Source of the DNA: Candidatus Amesbacteria bacterium RIFCSPLOWO2_01_FULL_49_25
Lineage (GTDB): Bacteria; Patescibacteriota; Microgenomatia; CAZETR01; Amesbacteraceae
DNA: 64,000 nucleotides
Reading direction: 5' to 3'
Assembly (NCBI GenBank): GCA_001773725.1
Contig: MEXP01000020.1
Location: forward strand, 19,526-83,525
Part shown: positions 20,806 through 29,941 of the stretch, in pieces
Layout of the letters: every line of letters starts with the position of its first letter
Position numbering within the stretch: position 1 is the first letter of the stretch
The notes under the pieces: generated by a model
The model's database searches: none
What the model saw: only the letters and a program-made list of their open reading frames with translations
What the model was told of the DNA's origin: nothing
Translations under genes and position numbers: made by a program

Positions 20806-22269
20806 TCAACCTACCTTTTCCGTTACTCTGTACTCGATATACCTTCCCAACATCAATCTGGTATGGGCATCCAGCCCAGGCAATGCTCCAAAGAAAAAAC
20901 CCACCACCGGCATCAGCGCGAACTCGAACGGTATTAGCCATGCCCTCCAAAAAGCCACATCCTTAGGTCTGGGCGGCTTTCTCTTTGAGTCGATGACAAA
21001 CAGTATTACTAAAAATAGTAAAGTAATCGACAAAATTACGGATGAAATTCTTGGTAGCATAAACCCTACTGAAGTCCGGGCGAATTTGGGATTTACCAGT
21101 GTCGAAATAGTCGCGCCAGCCGTTATCACAAACCAATTAATCGGCCACAGCAGGTGATCCTCGATCACCCTCAACAGTCTCACCATCTTGTTTATCCAAG
21201 ACCCTTTGGGATTGTTGATAAACATTTCGATAAAAGTTGGAATATCCGAAACTCCCCAAGCCCACCTCTGTTTCTGTTTGTAGTCATTAACGAACGTTTT
21301 CCAAGTCGTTGTCGATTCCGCGGCGTCCTGAAAAGACGGCAGGAAAATCGGCTCAGCTTCCACCCTACCTTCCAGCTTAAAGAAGGCCTTAAAAAATATT
21401 CTATAATCCTCCGGTATGACATCCGTATCCCAATATCCCACTTCCAAAATAAGCCTGAAAGAAGCCGAATAACAGGAAAAACTCACCAATCTGTCTTTTC
21501 TGGACTGCAGCCCCATTACCCAAATTGTCGCAAAAGTATTTACCACCCGGGTAGCCGCCGGTAATCTCCAAATGTTATTGTAAAACATAACTACCGGCTG
21601 CCAAAATCTCTCGTAGCGGTGTGGATCGTCCAAAAATTTAAATGTCAGACAGGCAAAGTATTGCGGATGCAGCCTTGCGTCCGCATCGTTTGAGGTCACA
21701 GTCATGTATTGGATGTCCCATCCCTTTTCATCAATCAAAATCCTTTTTGCTTCTCTGGCTGCCCAGGCTTCGTTAGAAGACTTGCCCTTTATTTCTCCTA
21801 CAATATTAGCCGGGTGCATCGTTATCAAATATTCGCCAAATTTACTCCCCAACTCTGCCCTCAATTTCTCGCATTCTTTTTCTCCGTTCGGGTATCTGCC
21901 TTCTGTTGCCATCACCACCGCCAGCTGATTCAGCGGCATTGACTGTTTGGCCAAAGCTTCCAGTGTCTTTCTGTAAACTTCCGCCGGTTCATTGGCTATT
22001 AAAATAATTATTACGTGTTTTACTCTCTTCCAATCCAAAAAGCCCTTGGCCTCTCTCAGCCAATCCAGGTGTTCGGCCGCCAGCATTTTAAAATGCGTCA
22101 TCAAAACCGTTATCGTTACCGTCAGTCCTTTGTATACCCAAAAGATATCAAAAGCCAAAATAAAATAAGCTGTTGCCACCGGGATAAAATACCCGCCCCA
22201 AAACAAAAATAAAATCACGTTCCAAGTGATAAACCCTGGCAATATCTCCAAAAATCTTTTCCTAGTCAT
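20806..22269 (-). CDS. Membrane GT2 glycosyltransferase
   Basis: GKSSN, DAD, PED and QKQRWAWG (QxxRW) motifs. Confidence 0.9.
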   Translation of the reverse strand: MTRKRFLEILPGFITWNVILFLFWGGYFIPVATAYFILAFDIFWVYKGLTVTITVLMTHFKMLAAEHLDWLREAKGFLDWKRVKHVIIILIANEPAEVYRKTLEALAKQSMPLNQLAVVMATEGRYPNGEKECEKLRAELGSKFGEYLITMHPANIVGEIKGKSSNEAWAAREAKRILIDEKGWDIQYMTVTSNDADARLHPQYFACLTFKFLDDPHRYERFWQPVVMFYNNIWRLPAATRVVNTFATIWVMGLQSRKDRLVSFSCYSASFRLILEVGYWDTDVIPEDYRIFFKAFFKLEGRVEAEPIFLPSFQDAAESTTTWKTFVNDYKQKQRWAWGVSDIPTFIEMFINNPKGSWINKMVRLLRVIEDHLLWPINWFVITAGATISTLVNPKFARTSVGFMLPRISSVILSITLLFLVILFVIDSKRKPPRPKDVAFWRAWLIPFEFALMPVVGFFFGALPGLDAHTRLMLGRYIEYRVTEKVG

Positions 22270-22973
22270 AAATTAAACAGCGATTTGGTATTTCTTGTAG
22301 TTACTCCCTCAATTCGATTAATTGAAGTGCCTCTTATTCCGGCCAGCGCTTCGGCTACAATTTTAACATTTTTCGGCGTATTACGCTTCCCCCGCCACGG
22401 TTCTGGCGCCAAATACGGGGCATCAGTCTCGATCAGCATTTTATCTTCCGGAACCAACCTTGCCACCTCTCTCAAATGTTCACTTTTTTTAAATGTTAAT
22501 ATCCCCCCAAAGCTTACATACCACCCCCTCTTCACACATTCTCTCATCTGCTCTTCGTTACCCGTAAAGCAATGCATCTGGACCTTATCGTAATCCAAAA
22601 CCTCAAAAATCTTCTCAAACTGGTCTCTGCAATGCACGACCAACGGCAACTTCGTCTCCCTAGCCAAATCTATATTAAATTTAAACAATTTTATTTCCTC
22701 CTCACTCCCCGTCTCCAAACCAGTCTCTCCTACTGCAACCACTTTCTTGTGTTTTGTCAGTTTAAGTAATTCATTGAGACTTGGTGCTTGTGGCTTGAGG
22801 CTTGCTTCAGGATGAACTCCTACAGTAGCGTAAACTTCCGAGTGCTTCTCCGCCAGCTCTACTGCTTTTCTACTTGTTTCCAAATCCGCCCCCACACATA
22901 TCATCGCCTCCAGTCCGGAATCTTTCCACTCCTCCTCCGAAATCTCATACAAATGGCAGTGCGCATCAATCAT
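22266..22973 (-). CDS. tatD: TatD-family DNase
   Basis: DAHCH, GVHP, GETGL, HCF and ETDAPY motifs. Confidence 0.95.
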   Translation of the reverse strand: MIDAHCHLYEISEEEWKDSGLEAMICVGADLETSRKAVELAEKHSEVYATVGVHPEASLKPQAPSLNELLKLTKHKKVVAVGETGLETGSEEEIKLFKFNIDLARETKLPLVVHCRDQFEKIFEVLDYDKVQMHCFTGNEEQMRECVKRGWYVSFGGILTFKKSEHLREVARLVPEDKMLIETDAPYLAPEPWRGKRNTPKNVKIVAEALAGIRGTSINRIEGVTTRNTKSLFNL

Positions 22974-24388
22974 CGAATCCTCGGAAACAGCGGTGCTTCA
23001 GCTTTTATTTTCGGTCCGGCAAACTGTTTCAAAATCTTCTCCGCCGTTTCCGGCAAAAACGGCTGCAAACCAGTCACGATTTTCCTGATTGTGTCAACGT
23101 AGTTTTTCAACACGCTTTCTAACTTATCCTGCTCCAGTTTCCACGGCTGGTCCTTCTCAATCTGTTTATCCAGTTCCGAAATCCGCTCCCAAATTAATCT
23201 TAACGCCTCATCAAACCTAAATTCATCCAAAAATTTATTTTGTTCAGCTACTTGCCCTGAGCTTGTCGAAGGGTCAAACTGTGCAACTTTTTCTGCCAGT
23301 TTTGCGACGCGCGCAACAAGATTTCCCAGCCCATTAGCCAGATCCGCATTGTACGTTTCATTGAATTTTTGCCACGTAAAATCAGAATCCTCCCACGGAT
23401 GGATTTTAGCCAGCACATAATAACGCAAAGCATCCGTGCCGTATTTATCCGTAATCTCATTTGGGGCAATCGCAGTGCCCGCACTTTTTGAAATTTTCTG
23501 CCCGTTAACCGTTATGAATCCATGAATAAACACCTGTTTTGTATTTGGTAATCCTGCGGACAGGAGCATAGCCTGCCAAATGGCCGTTTGTTGGCGCAGG
23601 TTGTCTTTTCCAGCTGTCTGGATCCCCGGCCAAAACTCCTTAAACTTTTTATCATCTTCCGGCCAACCCAATGCGGAAATATAGTTCACCAGGGCATCAA
23701 ACCACACATACATTACCTGGTCTAGATCGTCTGGAATATCCACGCCCCATGGCATTTTTTTCTTAAGTCTCGATATGCTGAAATCCTCCAGGCCCCGTTT
23801 CACAAATTCCTTTATTTCGTTGTATTTTCCCTCCGGTATTACAAAATCTAGGTTCTTTTCATAAAATTCCAAAAGCGGTTTCTGGTATTTAGAAAATCTG
23901 AAGAAATAGTTCTCCTCCTCATATATTTCCAAATCCAGGTTTGGATGAAACTCGCACTTCCCGTCTTTCAGCTCTGAACCTGTCTTTTCTAGTTCACATC
24001 CCACGCAATATTTAATTTTGTAATTTTTTTTGTATACATCTCCGCTCGCTAAACATCTTCGCCAAAACTCCTGTGCCGCCGCAATATGTTTTGGATCAGT
24101 GGTTCTTATAAAATTATCGTAATCTAGATTTAGAGTTTGTTTTAAAGCATCAAACTTGGCCGCGTACTCATCGCAATATTCCTGCGGACCTTTCCCCAAT
24201 TCCAGCGCCTTACGATATATCTTTAACCCGTGCTCGTCCGCGCCGAAATTGTGAAACACCTCTTCCCCCAACAGTCTGTGGTATCTAGCCAGCACATCCG
24301 CTTGGACTATCTCCAATGCGAACCCGACGTGCGGCTCCGAGTTAACGTACGGGATCGTAGTGGTGATGTAATACTTTTTGGTGTTCAT
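22970..24388 (-). CDS. metG: Methionyl-tRNA synthetase (short form)
   Basis: PYVNSEPHVG (HIGH), YVWFDAL, KISKS (KMSKS) and DLANGLGNL. Confidence 0.97.
   Translation of the reverse strand: MNTKKYYITTTIPYVNSEPHVGFALEIVQADVLARYHRLLGEEVFHNFGADEHGLKIYRKALELGKGPQEYCDEYAAKFDALKQTLNLDYDNFIRTTDPKHIAAAQEFWRRCLASGDVYKKNYKIKYCVGCELEKTGSELKDGKCEFHPNLDLEIYEEENYFFRFSKYQKPLLEFYEKNLDFVIPEGKYNEIKEFVKRGLEDFSISRLKKKMPWGVDIPDDLDQVMYVWFDALVNYISALGWPEDDKKFKEFWPGIQTAGKDNLRQQTAIWQAMLLSAGLPNTKQVFIHGFITVNGQKISKSAGTAIAPNEITDKYGTDALRYYVLAKIHPWEDSDFTWQKFNETYNADLANGLGNLVARVAKLAEKVAQFDPSTSSGQVAEQNKFLDEFRFDEALRLIWERISELDKQIEKDQPWKLEQDKLESVLKNYVDTIRKIVTGLQPFLPETAEKILKQFAGPKIKAEAPLFPRIR
23253..23273 (+). repeat. Short palindromic element inside metG (encodes PSTSSGQ)
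   Basis: TGCCCTGAGCTTGTCGAAGGG. Confidence 0.8.
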
Positions 24389-25062
24389 AGTTCACTTATG
24401 ACCTGCCCCAATTTTAATCCAAATCTCTCCTGCGCGCTGCCGAGATTCACCACCAGCTCAAGTAGGTCGCTACTGCCATTAAAAATCAACGGACTGCCCT
24501 CTGGCACATCCGAAAAAGTTTTGACTACCGGCAATCCGAACGTCTCCCCCCCCCAAATTTTAGCGTTTCCGTAATGATCGATGTGAATTACTTGTCCTTC
24601 TTGAAATCTTAATTTCTTAATCTCTTCAATCTCTTCTCCTCTTGGTTTCTCGCCCAACGCCAAATAAACCGCCTCTTTAATAAATATATCTCGTCCATGG
24701 AAAGTATTTGAAACATTTTCAAAATCTATAACTTTCCAAATTCTTTCAATTCCATCCGCAACTGCCGCGGGATACAACAGCCCATTATCCGGTCCCACAA
24801 ACCAGAAGTTTCTAGTTTTTATTATAATTCCCGCCCGCTCCGACCCCACTCCCGGGTCTACAACTCCCAAGTGCACCGTCCCTGGCGAGCAAAACTTGAC
24901 TAACTGCCATATCCCATATGCCCCCTCAATTATCGAAAACGGCTCCACATCGTGGTTTTCCACTAAATAACCATCATAACCCAAGCCCGCCACAATCACT
25001 TTTAGTTGACTTGTGGCAAACCCGTCCCCAAAGTCTGTGGTAATAGTGATTATTTGTTTCAT
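24385..25062 (-). CDS. SAM hydroxide adenosyltransferase / SAM hydrolase (DUF62, fluorinase-chlorinase superfamily)
   Basis: ITTDFG, VVDPGVGSER, FVGPDNG, STFHGRD-type NTFHGRDIF and IDHYGN. The Asp-Arg-His set is typical of the hydrolase branch. Confidence 0.9.
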   Translation of the reverse strand: MKQIITITTDFGDGFATSQLKVIVAGLGYDGYLVENHDVEPFSIIEGAYGIWQLVKFCSPGTVHLGVVDPGVGSERAGIIIKTRNFWFVGPDNGLLYPAAVADGIERIWKVIDFENVSNTFHGRDIFIKEAVYLALGEKPRGEEIEEIKKLRFQEGQVIHIDHYGNAKIWGGETFGLPVVKTFSDVPEGSPLIFNGSSDLLELVVNLGSAQERFGLKLGQVISEL

Positions 25063-25068
25063 ACAACT

Positions 25069-25112
25069 AAAAAACCCCGCCTTAGCGGGGCCTAACACGA
25101 CAATGCCCCGCT
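25069..25112 (-). terminator. Attenuator: intrinsic terminator with competing antiterminator
   Basis: The terminator CCCCGC-TAAG-GCGGGG-TTTTTT (25090-25069) ends 6 nt before the ATG. AGCGGGGC (25112-25105) pairs perfectly with GCCCCGCT (25091-25084). Confidence 0.85.
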
Positions 25113-25157
25113 TCAACAGGTCATCATCATGCTCATGGCAACAATATTTACGTTCAC
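25113..25157 (-). CDS. Putative Met-rich leader peptide MNVNIVAMSMMMTC
   Basis: GTG AAC GTA AAT ATT GTT GCC ATG AGC ATG ATG ATG ACC TGT TGA. The start lies 7 nt after TATAAT and the stop abuts the antiterminator. Confidence 0.75.
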   Translation of the reverse strand: MNVNIVAMSMMMTC

Positions 25158-25164
25158 CACCTCA

Positions 25165-25181
25165 ATTATACATGCTATACT
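25165..25181. promoter_or_regulatory. Back-to-back -10 boxes (leader peptide on -, aminopeptidase on +)
   Basis: TATAAT on - at 25170-25165, and TGcTATACT on + at 25173-25181. Confidence 0.7.
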
Positions 25182-25187
25182 CCCGCC

Positions 25188-26396
25188 ATGGCAAATCCCT
25201 ACGCTCCTCCAGCGAAAATCTTGCAAAAATACGCCCAAGTATTAGTCAATTTTGCTCTCAACTCCGGTTCCGGCGTCAAAAAAGGTGAAGTAGTTCGCCT
25301 CATTGTCAGCGAATGCGCCAAGCCTCTCTACGTGGAGCTTCGCAACCAGGTTCTTCGCTCCGGCGCCATTCCCCTTACCACCTACGAGCCGGACGACGTC
25401 TCCCGGGAATATTATCAACTAGCCAATAAAAACCAACTCAAATTTTTCCCAAGCCATTACATGCGTGGCCTGATTGACGAAATTGACCACTCCATCGCCA
25501 TCATTTCCGAATCAGACAAACACGAATTGGAAGGTATCGATCCCAAAAAAATAATGACTCGAAACATTGCCTTCAAGCCGGTCAAAGACTGGCGCGACGC
25601 CAAAGAAAACGCCGGTAAATTTACCTGGACACTGGCTCTCTACGGCACTCCCGCCATGGCCAAGGAGGCAAGTCTATCCCCCGCGGATTACTGGGCCCAG
25701 ATTGTCAAAGCCTGTTTTTTGGACGAGCCCGATCCCATTGCCAAGTGGCGCCAGGTTTTCCAAGAAAACGATCGGCTTCGCACTAAGCTCAATGCCCTAA
25801 AGATCGACAAGTTGCATATCAAAGGCGTCAGAGTCGATCTCAGGGTCAAAATCGGCCCAGGTCGCAAATGGCTGGGCGGTGGCGGCAGAAACATTCCTAG
25901 TTTTGAGGTTTTTATCTCTCCCGATTGGCGGGGGACAACAGGCCACATCGAATTTAACCAGCCCTTATATCGCTACGGAAGTCTTATCGAAGGTATCAAA
26001 TTGGATTTTCAGGATGGGCTTGTAATCAAAAGCTCCGCCTCCAAAAACTATTCTGTCTTAAAAGAAATGATCGCCACCAAAAATGCGGATAAAATTGGTG
26101 AATTTTCTTTAACCGACAGACGTCTTTCCCGTATCGACAAATTCATGGCCGAAACTCTTTTCGACGAAAATATATCCGGGCCTTACGGCAACACCCACAT
26201 CGCCCTAGGGTCCGCTTACCACGATTCCTATACGGCAAATCCCGCAAAGGTATCCAAAGCTAAGTGGGAAAAAATGGGTTTCAACAATTCTGTCGTCCAT
26301 ACCGACATTATCTCGACAACCGACCGCACCGTCACCGCTCATCTTGCAGACGGAATCCAAAAAATCATTTACCGAAGCGGACAATTTACCTTTTGA
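25188..26396 (+). CDS. M29-family aminopeptidase (AmpS/aminopeptidase T-like)
   Basis: NIPSFEVF, IGEF, LFDEN, HIALG and SVVHTD motifs. Confidence 0.92.
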   Translation: MANPYAPPAKILQKYAQVLVNFALNSGSGVKKGEVVRLIVSECAKPLYVELRNQVLRSGAIPLTTYEPDDVSREYYQLANKNQLKFFPSHYMRGLIDEIDHSIAIISESDKHELEGIDPKKIMTRNIAFKPVKDWRDAKENAGKFTWTLALYGTPAMAKEASLSPADYWAQIVKACFLDEPDPIAKWRQVFQENDRLRTKLNALKIDKLHIKGVRVDLRVKIGPGRKWLGGGGRNIPSFEVFISPDWRGTTGHIEFNQPLYRYGSLIEGIKLDFQDGLVIKSSASKNYSVLKEMIATKNADKIGEFSLTDRRLSRIDKFMAETLFDENISGPYGNTHIALGSAYHDSYTANPAKVSKAKWEKMGFNNSVVHTDIISTTDRTVTAHLADGIQKIIYRSGQFTF

Positions 26397-26745
26397 GCCA
26401 GTCCTTTATCTTCCCGTTCCACTTCGTCGCCCATTCGTCAGCCATTACCCTTCTCAGTGCCAGCTTCCACCCCGCTCTGTCCATCCCTTGCTGGACGCTG
26501 GCAATAGTCGCACTGGATACTTTCAAGTTTTGTTTGATATTTTCATAACTTCTTTTTTTGGACAACCAGTAAGCCACCGCCACTCTCTTGCTGATGGCCG
26601 TCGTCTCTGTTTCTGTAAGCAGTTCGTCAAAAACCAACTGGGCTTCGCCGCTCGTTTTTGTGTCGGCAATCAGCTGGTACCACATTCCCCGCACTTGTTT
26701 TTCCAAAGTATCATTTATACTCCTTTTCGATATTTGCACGCGCAA
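26386..26745 (-). CDS. TrpR-like (YerC/YecD) helix-turn-helix protein
   Basis: LLTETE...KRVAVAYWL....SY.NI...LKVSSATIASV. Confidence 0.85.
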   Translation of the reverse strand: MRVQISKRSINDTLEKQVRGMWYQLIADTKTSGEAQLVFDELLTETETTAISKRVAVAYWLSKKRSYENIKQNLKVSSATIASVQQGMDRAGWKLALRRVMADEWATKWNGKIKDWLKR

Positions 26746-26753
26746 ATAGTACT

Positions 26754-27065
26754 TTAATTAAACAAACTTATCAACCCCAAAATTGCCAGCCACAATCCGA
26801 AAGTTATCCAATCCAATATGTCCAACCGTCTCATTATGACAAGGCTCCACAGCCCCACGGCAGTGACAATCCCCCATTTCCTAGTCCCCCATGCCCAGCT
26901 CGCCACAAATATCATTCCCAAAAACAGCAAACTATTGGCTATCACTTCCACCCACCACTTATCCGGTGGGGTATTTAAAACAAATATCGTCAAAATTACC
27001 CAAAACCCCGTTCCTATTATAAGAGTCGTCCATCTTCGGTTAGATATATAATGTCTATGTGTCAT
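26754..27065 (-). CDS. Small membrane protein
   Basis: Four hydrophobic segments. Confidence 0.65.
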   Translation of the reverse strand: MTHRHYISNRRWTTLIIGTGFWVILTIFVLNTPPDKWWVEVIANSLLFLGMIFVASWAWGTRKWGIVTAVGLWSLVIMRRLDILDWITFGLWLAILGLISLFN

Positions 27066-27913
27066 TACAGCTCCTAACCATCTTATCAATAATTCTTCTC
27101 AGCTTTGCAATTAGCCTCTGGCTTATTCGCCGCTGGCTGACCCAAAATCGTTCTGGAGATCAGGGGTTATACCAATGGCTTCAATCTGTCCAATCGTCTC
27201 TGGACAGCTCCACCCGTCTCATGGCCGATGTCCAGCACTCTCTGGGCGAAATGTCCGAAGTCGGCCGTGGCATAAAGTCCCTCCAGGATTTTTTAGCCAG
27301 CCCCAAGCTTCGGGGTGGGTTGGGAGAGGAAGTCTTGGGCCAGATGATTGGATCTACTTTCCCCAAAAACGCTTTTCACCTCCAATATTCCTTCAAATCC
27401 GGCGTCAAAGTGGACGCCGTTTTAAAAACCGACGCTGGTCTTTTGTGCATCGATTCCAAATTTCCCCTGGGCGACTTTGTAGTCGCCGACATAAAAAAGC
27501 ATATTAGTGACATTGCCAAAAAATACATCTTGCCGGAAGAGGGAACTATGGACTTTGCCCTCATGTATATTCCCTCGGAATCTGTCTATTACGAAGTCGC
27601 CAGCAATCGCGAACTCACCAACTATTCCCGATCTCTACGGGTTTATCCGGTCTCCCCCAATACCCTTTACGCCCACCTTCAAGTTCTCCTTCAATCCCTT
27701 CAAGGCAAAGAACTCGAAGCCAAGTCCAGGGCCATTTTACAGGCTCTTCGCGCCGCTCAAAAAGATTACGACAGAGTCACCGAAAACATGAGCGTTTTAA
27801 ACCGCCACCTCACCAACGCCTTCAATCAAATGTCCCAAGTCACCTCCTCCACAACTCTTTTAGGCCAAAAACTTAGTCACACACACCAATTGTCAGAGCC
27901 GGAAAATTCATGA
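27059..27913 (+). CDS. rmuC: DNA recombination protein RmuC
   Basis: RGGLGE, IDSKFP, DFALMYIPSE and VSPNTL motifs, with an N-terminal TM. Confidence 0.92.
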   Translation: MSLQLLTILSIILLSFAISLWLIRRWLTQNRSGDQGLYQWLQSVQSSLDSSTRLMADVQHSLGEMSEVGRGIKSLQDFLASPKLRGGLGEEVLGQMIGSTFPKNAFHLQYSFKSGVKVDAVLKTDAGLLCIDSKFPLGDFVVADIKKHISDIAKKYILPEEGTMDFALMYIPSESVYYEVASNRELTNYSRSLRVYPVSPNTLYAHLQVLLQSLQGKELEAKSRAILQALRAAQKDYDRVTENMSVLNRHLTNAFNQMSQVTSSTTLLGQKLSHTHQLSEPENS

Positions 27914-28689
27914 CCAATTTCGAGTTTCTTCAGAAATATTTACAGCTTCAAAACGGAATTATGTACGATCAGCTTGTCGATCTAGGTTTCGCCTCAATTA
28001 GCTTTTGCCAAACCGACCCATCTCCATTCTGGAATTTAGCCCTCGTCGATTCGTTACTAAACCCCAACCAGTTAGCCCAAGTAGAAAATTCGTTCAGCAA
28101 ACTAGGTCGCAAACCCGCTATTTATTTTGAAGGCAGAAAAGACTTGGAACCTTTAATAAACTTTCTTGAAAACAAAGAATTCAAAGAAATTAACGAGGAC
28201 TCTTGGATGTTTTATGACAACCGTCCTATCGACCAAACTTATTTTGATTCCGTCAAAAAAGTTTCATCAGAAACGGACTTAGAGATCTTTCTCGAGACAT
28301 TCAACACCTGTTACCAAAAAAACGACCCGCAGAATCCATATGGGGAACTTGGAGAATATCTCAAAATTGCCAAATCCGCCTGGTTCAAGCACGCAAGCTC
28401 TGGCAGATTAAACTATTATCTGGTTTATAAAGAAAACAAACCCGTGGCAGTTTCTACACTAAATAATTACTTTGGTATCGGATATATTTCTAATGTTGGA
28501 TCACTCCGTTCTGTCCGCGGCGAAGGCTTTGGTAAAGCCGCAACCCTATTTTGTGTTCAGGAATCAACAAATGCCGGCAACGCAGTTCACTGTCTTGCCA
28601 CCGAGGAAGGAACCTATCCCAACCGATTCTATTCTCGTATCGGCTTTGTCACAAAATTCACCGCGCCGTTATTTATCAAAGCCGATTAG
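27910..28689 (+). CDS. GNAT-family acetyltransferase
   Basis: NVGSLRSVRGEGFG and FYSRIGF. Confidence 0.85.
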   Translation: MTNFEFLQKYLQLQNGIMYDQLVDLGFASISFCQTDPSPFWNLALVDSLLNPNQLAQVENSFSKLGRKPAIYFEGRKDLEPLINFLENKEFKEINEDSWMFYDNRPIDQTYFDSVKKVSSETDLEIFLETFNTCYQKNDPQNPYGELGEYLKIAKSAWFKHASSGRLNYYLVYKENKPVAVSTLNNYFGIGYISNVGSLRSVRGEGFGKAATLFCVQESTNAGNAVHCLATEEGTYPNRFYSRIGFVTKFTAPLFIKAD

Positions 28690-28694
28690 AACAA

Positions 28695-29417
28695 ATGAAT
28701 CCTATTCGTGACTTAAAAATAACTATCGAATCCGGTCAGCAATATAAAATCTTTTTCATTGGCGACTCCATAACCTCCGCCGAATGGGTCCACCCGAATT
28801 GGAGAGAAATATTTGAATATGCTCTCAAACAAGAACTCGAGTCCCAATACACAGACTGGAAAATTCCTTCCTGGGGTATCCGCTGTTTCAACTATGGTTT
28901 TGACGGCTCAACAACTGGGGACATCAAAAACTTGCAGGCCAAAGGCCTTATTCCGTCCGACCCAAATCTGGTTGTTTACGTTGCTGGAGACAATGATCGT
29001 TTCGATAAGTTTTCTGTCAACGAATATCAGACAAATATCCAAAAAGTTGTCAGTTCTTTCCCCAATTCTTATATCGCCCTTTCGTCAGACTTGTGCCCAG
29101 GCAATAACTACATAAGTTCAAAATACGAATCCGGCTATTATCAAACACTTTTTCAAATTAAAATCCCAAACGGTCAATTAATAGATTTATTTGCAGAAAC
29201 TAAACAGTTTGACCTTAAGAAGTTCTACACCTTCGTTTCCTCCGGCAATGAGGTTGCCGGGCTTAAGGCTGGAGATGTAGATTTTTATCACCCCAATCAG
29301 CTAGGCAACGCCTATATCGTCAAAATTTTCCTCAAATCAATTTTCAACATTGATTTCGATTTCGAAAAATACACTTCCACAAATTTACAAGGACTTATGT
29401 ATCCCGAATACAAATGA
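28695..29417 (+). CDS. SGNH/GDSL hydrolase
   Basis: FIGDSIT, NYGFDG, GDND and DFYHPN. Confidence 0.88.
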   Translation: MNPIRDLKITIESGQQYKIFFIGDSITSAEWVHPNWREIFEYALKQELESQYTDWKIPSWGIRCFNYGFDGSTTGDIKNLQAKGLIPSDPNLVVYVAGDNDRFDKFSVNEYQTNIQKVVSSFPNSYIALSSDLCPGNNYISSKYESGYYQTLFQIKIPNGQLIDLFAETKQFDLKKFYTFVSSGNEVAGLKAGDVDFYHPNQLGNAYIVKIFLKSIFNIDFDFEKYTSTNLQGLMYPEYK

Positions 29418-29941
29418 AAGTCACCCTCTACATGGCCATGTCACTGAATAACATGATAGCCAGAGAAAATGACGAGGAGGATTTTATCTCTCACGATAGT
29501 TGGACCGCTTGGCTTACATGTATCAGAAAGCATGGGTGTATGATTTGGGGTCGGAGGACTCATCAAGTCGTTAAAACTTGGGATAAACAATACCTTGAGG
29601 ATATTAAGGGAATAAAAGTTGTAATCGTTTCCTCGAATGAAAATTATGATGTAGGAGATCAGTTTGAATTGGCTTCATCACCCCACAAAGCCCTGGAAAA
29701 TGTCCAATCTCAGGGTTTTTCTAGCGCCGTCCTTACAGGCGGATCAATTCTAAACAGCTCATTTGCCAAGTTAAACCTGATAAACGAAGTGATAGTTTGC
29801 ATCGAACCAGTTTTGATTGGCGCAGGCATACCCCTATTCAACCCGGAAAAGTTCGATCTGAATCTTAAGCTTTTAGACGTCGATAAAGTCAGCAATCGAT
29901 TAATTGAACTTCGCTATGAAGTAGTGAAAAATGCTAAGTGA
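29414..29941 (+). CDS. Dihydrofolate reductase/RibD-C family protein
   Basis: MAMSLN.MIA, WGRRT, TGGS and PVLIGAGIPLF. Confidence 0.88.
   Translation: MKVTLYMAMSLNNMIARENDEEDFISHDSWTAWLTCIRKHGCMIWGRRTHQVVKTWDKQYLEDIKGIKVVIVSSNENYDVGDQFELASSPHKALENVQSQGFSSAVLTGGSILNSSFAKLNLINEVIVCIEPVLIGAGIPLFNPEKFDLNLKLLDVDKVSNRLIELRYEVVKNAK

Noticed and set aside
24385-25062. True fluorinase or chlorinase
   Set aside because: The TFHGRD His together with the DPGVGSER Asp/Arg indicates the hydroxide (hydrolase) branch.
25063-25116. ORF-track TTG start extending DUF62 by 18 aa (MKRGIVVLGPAKAGFFSC)
   Set aside because: Family similarity begins at MKQIITITTDFG. The extension is the attenuator hairpin region.
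25063-25170. SAM-I riboswitch or T-box upstream of DUF62-metG
   Set aside because: The leader is only ~95 nt and shows neither the S-box core nor the T-box UGGNACC motif.
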